A stretch of 64,000 nucleotides of DNA from a candidate division FCPU426 bacterium (GTDB lineage: Bacteria > Oederibacteriota > JAAXVQ01 > JAUVAV01): assembly GCA_040756875.1 (NCBI GenBank), contig JBFLYH010000001.1:32001-96000 (forward strand). The letters are read 5' to 3'. Both the position numbers and the translations under genes were made by a program. The notes beneath the pieces were generated by a model. It worked only from the letters and a program-made list of their open reading frames with translations, did no database searches and was not told the DNA's origin. Shown one piece after another: positions 1 to 7,145 of this stretch (positions are counted from its first letter, which is position 1; each line of letters starts with the position of its first letter).

Positions 1-690
1 TGCGGACACGGAGTGGCGCACCGCCTCCTGGCCGAAGCCATCGAGGAGTCAGGCGCCCGCGAGCGCACGGTGGCCGTGGCGCCGGTGGGCTGCGCGGTCT
101 ACGGCTATGATTACTGGAATTTCGACACCACCGAAGCCGCGCACGGCCGCACGCCGGCCGTGGCCGCGGCCATCAAGCGCGTACTGCCGGACCGCCTGGT
201 GATCAGCTACCAGGGCGACGGCGACCTGGCTTCCATCGGGCTGGCTGAGATCATGCATGCGGCCAACCGGGGGGACCGGATCACGGTCATCTTCATCAAC
301 AACACCAACTACGGCATGACCGGCGGCCAGATGGCGCCCACCACGCTGGCCGGGCAGGTTACCACGACCACCCCCCTGGGGCGGGACAGCGCCACGACCG
401 GGCAGCCGCTGAAAGTGGCCGAACTCCTGGCGACCCTGCCCGGCGTCAAATACGCCGCGCGCGGGGCCCTGCACAAGCCCGGTTTGGTGCGCAAGGCCAA
501 ATCCCTGATCCAGAAAGCGCTGGCCGTGCAGGAAGCGGGCCTGGGTTTTTCGGTGGTCGAACTGGTGTCGCTGTGCCCCACCAACTGGGGCCTGACCACC
601 CTGCAGTCCGTGGAACTGGTGGAAAAACAGATCGTGCCGGTGTTTCCTCTGGGCGTTTTCAAGGACGAATCCGGCGCCAAGGCGGAATGA
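1..690 (+). CDS. 2-oxoacid:ferredoxin oxidoreductase beta (TPP-binding) subunit, 5'-truncated by the window edge
   Basis: Frame open from base 1 (CGHG...). Contains APVGC, AAHGR, the TPP motif YQGDGD...INNTNYGMTGGQMAPTT, and a C-terminal CPTNW. Confidence 0.92.
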   Translation, partial: CGHGVAHRLLAEAIEESGARERTVAVAPVGCAVYGYDYWNFDTTEAAHGRTPAVAAAIKRVLPDRLVISYQGDGDLASIGLAEIMHAANRGDRITVIFINNTNYGMTGGQMAPTTLAGQVTTTTPLGRDSATTGQPLKVAELLATLPGVKYAARGALHKPGLVRKAKSLIQKALAVQEAGLGFSVVELVSLCPTNWGLTTLQSVELVEKQIVPVFPLGVFKDESGAKAE

Positions 691-1241
691 GTATGCTGGA
701 ACAAATCATTATCGCGGGGTCCGGCGGCCAGGGGATCCAGTTCTGCGGACAACTGCTGGCCCGGGCCGCGGTCCGGCAGGGCCTGGAAGCCACCTACGTT
801 CCTTCGTACGGAGCCGAGCGCCGGGGCGGCCCCTCATTCTGCTCCGTGGTCGCGGCGGACCGTTCGATCTACGCCTCGCTGTTCAAGCATCCTGACATAT
901 TCCTGGCGCTGGACCAGCGGGCGCGCAACCAGTACGCTTCCAGCCTGCTGAACGCCGGCATCATGCTGGTGAACACGGATCTGGCCGGACAGCCCGCAAC
1001 CGGCGAACAGGCCCGGGTTATTGGCCTTTCGGCCTCGCGTCTGGCGGAAAAAATCAATTTCGAGCAGCCGCCCCTGAACCTGGTCATGCTCGGCGCCTAT
1101 CTGGGCCTGGACCGGGGCGTGAGCATTGAGGCGGTGCGGGCCGAATTGGAAGCCCGCTTTGCCGGCAAACCGGACGTGAAGCAACGCAACCTCCAAGCCC
1201 TTGACCTGGGCTGGGAAGAAGGCAGGAGCCAAAGCCGATGA
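687..1241 (+). CDS. 2-oxoacid:ferredoxin oxidoreductase gamma subunit
   Basis: IIIAGSGGQGI, PSYGAERRGG and NLVMLGA motifs; ATG at 687 overlaps the beta-subunit stop (ATGA). Confidence 0.9.
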   Translation: MSMLEQIIIAGSGGQGIQFCGQLLARAAVRQGLEATYVPSYGAERRGGPSFCSVVAADRSIYASLFKHPDIFLALDQRARNQYASSLLNAGIMLVNTDLAGQPATGEQARVIGLSASRLAEKINFEQPPLNLVMLGAYLGLDRGVSIEAVRAELEARFAGKPDVKQRNLQALDLGWEEGRSQSR

Positions 1242-1693
1242 TCAGGAAAGCCACGCTTCAGGACGTACCGGCGATCCACCGGTTGATCAACAGCCGGGCC
1301 AAACAGGGCCAAATGCTGGCGCGCTCCTTGTCCGAAATATACGAGAATATCCGCGACTATTTCGTGGCCATCGAGCGCAAAGCCGTGGTGGGCGTGGCCG
1401 GCCTGCACGTCAACTGGGCGGATTTGGCCGAGATCAAATCCGTGGCTGTCAATCCGGCTTATCAGGGAAAGGGAGTGGGCCAGGCTCTGGTCCAGGCCTG
1501 CCTGGAGGAAAGCCGGGTTATGGCCATTCCCAAGGTGTTCGTGCTGACTTACGTGCCGGGTTTTTTCCGGAAACAGGGGTTTAAAAAGATCAAACGCGAA
1601 GCCTTGCCGCACAAGATTTGGAGCGATTGCATCAAGTGCCCGCATTTCCCCAATTGCAACGAAGAGGCCATGATCATCGGCTTGCGCCGCTAG
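1238..1693 (+). CDS. argA: GNAT N-acetyltransferase, short ArgA-like (N-acetylglutamate synthase)
   Basis: MLARSLSEIYENIRDY, acetyl-CoA motif YQGKGVG, and C-terminal LPHKIWSDCIKC..FPNCNE typical of short ArgA-type GNATs. The gene symbol is tentative. Confidence 0.7.
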   Translation: MIRKATLQDVPAIHRLINSRAKQGQMLARSLSEIYENIRDYFVAIERKAVVGVAGLHVNWADLAEIKSVAVNPAYQGKGVGQALVQACLEESRVMAIPKVFVLTYVPGFFRKQGFKKIKREALPHKIWSDCIKCPHFPNCNEEAMIIGLRR

Positions 1694-1726
1694 CCCATCC
1701 GCCGCGTTCCGAGGAATCTGCCACCC

Positions 1727-2740
1727 ATGCCCGATGAAACGAATGCTGCTTTCACGCGGATAGCCGACCGGAGGGAAATCGGCCTTCAGCAGGTTGTCGA
1801 TACCCTTAAAATCGAAGATTGCCTGAAATCCCTGCAGGACGCGCATCAGTTGTCACCGCAGAAAACCGAGGAAATGAAGCTGATCGCCGGCGAGTTGGGC
1901 AAGAACGTCGTCAAGCACGGCGGCCAGGGCAAAATCATCATCACGCATTACGCCGCTGTCTTTCCCTGGGTGGAAATCATCACTGAAAACGTGGGCGCCC
2001 TGCCCGCGGACGCGATGAAAGACGGCGTTTCGACGCGGAACACCCTGGGCCTCGGCTTGGGCATGGTGTCACGGCTCTCCGACGCCTTTATCCGCGAGCA
2101 GGACGGGTATATTCTGCGCATGCGGGCGGTCAAGTACTGCCTGGATTTTCCCAACCGATCCGAAGTGGCGGTCCTCTCCTATCCCGTCATGATGCATGAA
2201 AACTGCAACGGCGACGCCTATTTTATCCACAAGGGGCGCGAGGACACGTTTTGCGTCATCGATGCCCTGGGCCACGGCGAGGAGGCGCACAAAAGCGCAG
2301 CCGCTGTTCTGGCGCACCTGAATTCCAACCCCGGGAAACCCGTTGATCACCTGGTGTACGGCGCGCACGAACTGTTAAAAGCGAAACACTTGCGCGGGGC
2401 GGCCATGGTGGTCGTACGGTTGGATTACGAGGCCCAAACGGTTCTGTTTGCGGGTTTGGGCGACGCGTTGGTGAAAATATTCCCTCCGAACGAAAGCGGC
2501 AGCCTAAGCCTGCTGCCGCAGGAGGGAATTGTCGGCGACGTCTGCCGGACGTTGGAAATTCAAAAGCAGGCGTTAGTGCCGGGCACGCTGATCGCCGTTT
2601 ATTCGGACGGCATTTCCAGCCGCCTGGCCATTCCCTGGGAACATCGCACCCAGCCTCCATTGCAATTGGTGAACGAACTGATGGCTAAATATGGCAAACT
2701 CCACGATGACCGGACTCTCTTGCTGGCTAAAATCCTCTAA
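1727..2740 (+). CDS. RsbT-like HATPase domain fused to a PP2C/SpoIIE phosphatase (RsbX-like)
   Basis: N-terminal ELGKNVVKHG...DGVSTRNTLGLGLG (GHKL fold). C-terminal NGD, IDALGHG, YSDGI and HDD PP2C metal motifs. Confidence 0.85.
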   Translation: MPDETNAAFTRIADRREIGLQQVVDTLKIEDCLKSLQDAHQLSPQKTEEMKLIAGELGKNVVKHGGQGKIIITHYAAVFPWVEIITENVGALPADAMKDGVSTRNTLGLGLGMVSRLSDAFIREQDGYILRMRAVKYCLDFPNRSEVAVLSYPVMMHENCNGDAYFIHKGREDTFCVIDALGHGEEAHKSAAAVLAHLNSNPGKPVDHLVYGAHELLKAKHLRGAAMVVVRLDYEAQTVLFAGLGDALVKIFPPNESGSLSLLPQEGIVGDVCRTLEIQKQALVPGTLIAVYSDGISSRLAIPWEHRTQPPLQLVNELMAKYGKLHDDRTLLLAKIL

Positions 2741-2894
2741 CCCTGTTTCAGTCTCGCTAAAAAAGCCTTGAATCTAAAGCAAACTAGTAAAATCACCGAA
2801 CCTAAAGTATAATGAAAACCACTCTTAATACGGCCTTTAGCAGGGGCTAACCCGCGGACAAGGCCGAAATCTTTTTATGGCCGCAGGAGGAACT

Positions 2895-3119
2895 ATGGCA
2901 ACTGTCCAAATGAACCTGACCAAGCTTCGCTGTCCACAGCCGATTTTGAAAATCACGGCCAAATCCATTGAAATGAAGCCGGGCGATGTTTTGGAAGCAA
3001 CCGCCGACTGCCCGACGTTTGAAAATGATGTCCGCACGTGGTGCGAAAAGGTCGGCAAGGCGCTTATTTTCCTGCAAAAGAACGCGGACGGCGTTTTTCA
3101 CTGCAAAATCCAGTTCTGA
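2895..3119 (+). CDS. tusA: TusA/SirA-family sulfur carrier protein
   Basis: 74 aa with LRCPQP (CPxP) and PGDVLE..ADCPTF..DVRTWC; AGGAGG RBS precedes the ATG at 2895. Confidence 0.88.
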   Translation: MATVQMNLTKLRCPQPILKITAKSIEMKPGDVLEATADCPTFENDVRTWCEKVGKALIFLQKNADGVFHCKIQF

Positions 3120-3206
3120 CCCCCTGGCGCACTCACGGCGCGGACCGCTTTAGGCGGCGCCCGGCGGGCGTGGATAAAAACGCACCGAAACCAAAGGAGA
3201 TAAACG

Positions 3207-3944
3207 ATGACCGCTCACCCGATTTCCCCGGAGCTGTTGAAAGAATTGGAAGCCCACTTCAATGCGCTGCAGAAACTGGAACGCGGTGACGCTCAAATCC
3301 AGGCCCGCGAAGATTCCTCCGTGGAGATTGTTTCGCGCATGGGCGGCATGATCAATCAGCTGGCGAACATGTCCCGGGAATCGATCAAGCTGTCCATGGA
3401 GATGTCCCTGGCCATCGCCCAATTTCTGGACGTGCTCAACCAAATGGCGGCCGGCAACCTGAAGGCCCGTGCGCCGATTGATTTTGAAACCGAGGTCCTG
3501 GCGGCCTTGGGCAAAGGCATCAACACGGCCATTGCCAAGGTCCAGGAACGGACTCTGCTTGAGGAGCTCTTGAAGGAATTGTCCACGCCGGTTCTCTATG
3601 CGTGGGAAGGCGTGATCGTTATGCCCCTGATCGGCACCCTGACCAGCGACCGCGCGCAGGAAGCCATGGAAAAGCTGCTGAAAAGCATCACCCAGCATCA
3701 TGCCCGCGTCGCCCTGATCGACATCACCGGCGTGCCGGTCATCGATTCCATGGTCGCCCAGCACCTGATCCGGACGATCAAGGCCGTCAAGATTCTGGGG
3801 AGCGATGCCATCATCACCGGAATTTCAGCCGAAGTGGCCTCCATTTTGGTGAAGATCGGCATTGAAGTGGAGCAATTCATGACCCGCAGCAGCCTGCATG
3901 AGGGGTTGAAGCAGGCGATTAAAATGGTCGGAGCGAGCCAATAA
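3207..3944 (+). CDS. rsbR: Stressosome RsbR-like protein (HAMP-like N-terminus plus STAS domain)
   Basis: STAS signature ELSTPVL..WEGVIVMPLIGTL...IDITGVPVIDS...LG..AIITGI; AAGGAG RBS. Confidence 0.9.
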   Translation: MTAHPISPELLKELEAHFNALQKLERGDAQIQAREDSSVEIVSRMGGMINQLANMSRESIKLSMEMSLAIAQFLDVLNQMAAGNLKARAPIDFETEVLAALGKGINTAIAKVQERTLLEELLKELSTPVLYAWEGVIVMPLIGTLTSDRAQEAMEKLLKSITQHHARVALIDITGVPVIDSMVAQHLIRTIKAVKILGSDAIITGISAEVASILVKIGIEVEQFMTRSSLHEGLKQAIKMVGASQ

Positions 3945-4301
3945 ATGAAGGTCCCGGTTCCCCTCATCAAAATCGGCCAAGTCGTGCTGGCGCCCATTGA
4001 GATCGAGCTGACGGACGAGATGGCCGAAGAACTCCACTTGGCGATACTCAAGAAAATCGAACTGACCCACGCCAGGGGATTGGTCATCGACGTCTCCCTC
4101 GTCGAAGTCATTGATTCCTACTTTGCCCGGATCCTGATCAACATCGGCCGGGCGGCGCATTGTTTGAATTGCATGACCGTGGTGGTCGGCATCACGCCGG
4201 AGGTGGCCTTCACCCTCACTCAGATGGGATTGACGTGGCGGGGCGTGCGCACTGCGCTGACGGTGGAGGAGGCTATTTCCATGGTTCAAGCCCATGGATG
4301 A
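3945..4301 (+). CDS. rsbS: Stressosome RsbS (stand-alone STAS domain)
   Basis: VPLIKIG...GLVIDVSLVEVIDSYFAR...VVVGITPEVAFTLTQMGL; starts immediately after the rsbR stop. Confidence 0.9.
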   Translation: MKVPVPLIKIGQVVLAPIEIELTDEMAEELHLAILKKIELTHARGLVIDVSLVEVIDSYFARILINIGRAAHCLNCMTVVVGITPEVAFTLTQMGLTWRGVRTALTVEEAISMVQAHG

Positions 4302-4713
4302 CAGCTTTGTCATGCACATCGCCAGTGAGCAGCATATTCTGGCGGTGCGCCATGCGATCCGCGAACTGGTGAACCAGCGGCTGCAGTTCAATTCCCTGGA
4401 GCGGATGCACGTCATCACCGCCGTATCGGAACTGGTCCGCAACATCTACAACTATGCCAAGGAAGGCGACGTCGAAGCCAAGATCGTCCTGTCGCCTGCG
4501 GGAAAAAAGGGGATCCGGATCAAATTTGCCGATCACGGCCCGGGCATTCTGGATATCGAGAAAGCCATGCAGCCAAAAAGCATCCGGGAATTCGGCAAGG
4601 GCATGGGCATCGGCCTGAGCGGCAGCAAAAAACTGGCGGATGAGTTTTCGATCGAATCCCAGCCCGGGCTGGGAACGACCATCATCTGGACCCGCTGGGA
4701 GCGGTACGGCTGA
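4294..4713 (+). CDS. rsbT: Stressosome Ser/Thr kinase RsbT
   Basis: TAVSELVRNIYNYA, DHGPGI, GMGIGLSGSKKLADEFSIESQPGLGT; overlaps the end of rsbS. Confidence 0.92.
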   Translation: MDDSFVMHIASEQHILAVRHAIRELVNQRLQFNSLERMHVITAVSELVRNIYNYAKEGDVEAKIVLSPAGKKGIRIKFADHGPGILDIEKAMQPKSIREFGKGMGIGLSGSKKLADEFSIESQPGLGTTIIWTRWERYG

Positions 4714-4768
4714 AGGGCGGGGAAGGGGTGGCGGGCCTGTCCCGACGACATTTCTCTGGGAGTCATGA

Positions 4769-6718
4769 ATGCCCGGTGATGCACTCAAGATGGGCTTGAT
4801 GCTCTGCAAATGCGGGAACACGATTTTTCAGGCCGTCGATTTCGACGCTGTCGTGGCCTGGGCCCGGAAACGCCACGATTTGCAATTCGTTCTTTTTCAT
4901 GACCTGCTTTGTTCCGCGGAAGGCCGAAGCTACACGCTGGAAGTCCTCCAACAGGAAAAACCCGACCGCTTGATCATCGCCGCCTGCTCGCCCAGGGCCC
5001 ACGAAGCCACCTTCCGGGCAGTGGCGGAAAAGGCCGGCTTGAATCTGGCCGCCATCCACATGGCCAACATCCGCGAGCACTGCGCCTGGGTGACCACGGA
5101 CAAAGCCGAGGCCACTCGCAAAGCCATCGCCCTGATCCGGGCGGCGGTCGAACGCGCCCGGCGGCACGAGCCCCTGCAGCGCCGGAGCGTGGAATGCAAC
5201 ACAGACCTGGTCGTAATCGGGGGCGGCATTGCCGGCATGGAAGCCGCCTTGCTGGCCTCCCAGGCCGGAAGGAAAGTGACCCTCGTCGAGCGGGACATCT
5301 CCCTGGGCGGCCGGCTGATGCAAACCGAGGAATTGGCCCCGAACATGGAATGCGCCCCCTGCCTGCTGTCGCCGCGGCTCTTTAAAATCAAGGATGATCC
5401 GAACATCACCATTCTGACCCATTCCGAGGTCACCGGAGTTCTGGGGTTTCACGGCAATTTCACGGTCAAAATCCGCAAGCGCGCCCGGTACGTGAACCAG
5501 AACTGCGTGGGTTGTGAAGCCTGCTTTCCGGTTTGCCCGGTGGAGGTGAAAAGCGGGTTCCACCTGGGCTTGGGCACCCGCAAGGCTGTTTATACGCTCT
5601 TCCCAGGCTCGGTTCCCGCCGCGGCGGCCATTGACAGGCAAGCCTGTCTGCATTTCAAGGACGGCTCGTGCCGGGCCTGCGCCGAAGCCTGTTCCTTCGG
5701 GGCCGTGGATTTTGAGGATAAAGACGAGGAAAGGGCGATATCCGCCGGCGCCGTAATTCTGGCCACGGGTTTTACGCCCTTCGATCCTTCGCCGCTCGCC
5801 CGCCTGGGCTATGGGAAGATACCGGAAGTTTACAGCCTGCCCGAATTCGAACGGATCTCAAATTCCAACGGCCCCTCTCAGGGCACGATCCGGCGCCGGG
5901 ACGGAAAAATCCCGGCTTCGGTGGCTGTGATCCACTGCGTTGGATCGCTGCAGGATACGGCCTTGCCCTACTGCTCGGGCATTTGCTGCCTGCTGGCCGC
6001 CAAGGTCGGGGAAGTCGTGCGCAAGCAGAACCCGAAGGCCAAGGTGTTCAATATCCACGACCGCCTGGTGTTTGCCGGCCAGGCGGCGCAGGAATTTTAC
6101 ACCGAGCAGGTCAAGGCCGGCACCCAATTCCTGGCGACCAGGGATTTGGCCAAGGTAACGCTGGTTCGGAAAAAAGGCGCCGTGGAAATACGAATGCCCG
6201 GCCAAAAACCCTTTGGCGTCGACATGGTGGTATTGGCCACTGGCGCCGGCCCGGCCGGTGATGCGGAAACCCTGGGGACATTGCTTCAGATCGAAAGCGG
6301 GCCCGCCGGTTTCTTCAAACCCGACAGTCACTTCCTGCATTCCATCGGCACCAGCCTGGACGGCATCTACCAGGCCGGCGGATGCGCAGGCCCGTGCCTG
6401 GCTGACCAAGCCGTGGTGCAGGCTCAGGCTGCGGCCGGAGAAGCTGTCAGCCAGTTGGTGCCTGGCAAAAAGATCGAGTTGGAGATTCAGACTTCGATCA
6501 TCGATCCCGATTTGTGCAAAGGCTGCCGGCTGTGCGAAGCGTTGTGCCCTTTTTCGGCCATCGCCTACCGCCCGGAACTCAGGGTGTGCGAAATCAACGA
6601 GGCCGTTTGCCGCGGTTGCGGCACTTGTGTGGCAGGCTGCCCCAACCTGGCCATCGGCGCCAGGCATTTTCAAGACGCGCAATTGCAGGCGGAATTGGAA
6701 GGGCTGCTCAATGACTGA
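4769..6718 (+). CDS. hdrA: Heterodisulfide reductase subunit A-like flavoprotein (HdrA)
   Basis: N-terminal CKCG..LCS..ACSP..NIREHC; FAD motif VIGGGIAG; inserted ferredoxin CVGCEACFPVCP / CRACAEAC; HCVGS..YCSGICC; C-terminal 2x[4Fe-4S] CKGCRLCEALCP and CRGCGTCVAGCP. Confidence 0.93.
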   Translation: MPGDALKMGLMLCKCGNTIFQAVDFDAVVAWARKRHDLQFVLFHDLLCSAEGRSYTLEVLQQEKPDRLIIAACSPRAHEATFRAVAEKAGLNLAAIHMANIREHCAWVTTDKAEATRKAIALIRAAVERARRHEPLQRRSVECNTDLVVIGGGIAGMEAALLASQAGRKVTLVERDISLGGRLMQTEELAPNMECAPCLLSPRLFKIKDDPNITILTHSEVTGVLGFHGNFTVKIRKRARYVNQNCVGCEACFPVCPVEVKSGFHLGLGTRKAVYTLFPGSVPAAAAIDRQACLHFKDGSCRACAEACSFGAVDFEDKDEERAISAGAVILATGFTPFDPSPLARLGYGKIPEVYSLPEFERISNSNGPSQGTIRRRDGKIPASVAVIHCVGSLQDTALPYCSGICCLLAAKVGEVVRKQNPKAKVFNIHDRLVFAGQAAQEFYTEQVKAGTQFLATRDLAKVTLVRKKGAVEIRMPGQKPFGVDMVVLATGAGPAGDAETLGTLLQIESGPAGFFKPDSHFLHSIGTSLDGIYQAGGCAGPCLADQAVVQAQAAAGEAVSQLVPGKKIELEIQTSIIDPDLCKGCRLCEALCPFSAIAYRPELRVCEINEAVCRGCGTCVAGCPNLAIGARHFQDAQLQAELEGLLND

Positions 6719-7145
6719 TTTCGAACCGCGAATTGTGGCTTTTGTCTGCAACTGGTGCGCCTATGGGGGCGCAGACCAGGCTGGCGGACAAAAACTCGCG
6801 TATCCCGCCAATGTCCAACTGGTGCGCGTGATGTGCAGCGGCCGGGTGTCTCCCCGGTTGGTCCTGGAAGCTTTTCGGATGGGAGCAGACGGGGTGATGG
6901 TGCTGGGCTGTCATCCTGGAGACTGCCATTACCGAAATGGGAACCTTAAAGCCGAGAAGCGCTTTAAAACCTTTAAAAAAGTGCTGGCCCAGCTGGGCAT
7001 TGAAGAAGCGCGCTGTCTGCGGGATTGGGTGGCGGCCTCGGAGGGGAAGAAGTTCCAGGAACTGGCTGTCGCCATGACGCGAACGATAAAGCGCCTGGGC
7101 CCCTTGCGCTTAACGGCGAAACCCGGTCCGGGAGGCGGGACATGA
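6711..7145 (+). CDS. mvhD: MvhD/FlpD-type [2Fe-2S] hydrogenase iron-sulfur subunit
   Basis: FEPRIVAFVCNWCAYGGAD, RVMCSGRV, GADGV..GCHPGDCHY..GN, WVAASEG; overlaps hdrA by 8 bp. Confidence 0.93.
   Translation: MTDFEPRIVAFVCNWCAYGGADQAGGQKLAYPANVQLVRVMCSGRVSPRLVLEAFRMGADGVMVLGCHPGDCHYRNGNLKAEKRFKTFKKVLAQLGIEEARCLRDWVAASEGKKFQELAVAMTRTIKRLGPLRLTAKPGPGGGT

Noticed and set aside
4769-7145. Selenocysteine recoding in HdrA/MvhD (also checked in the permease, DGC and thioredoxin genes at 30968-33366)
   Set aside because: The frames are open without internal TGA, and the expected positions are Cys codons.
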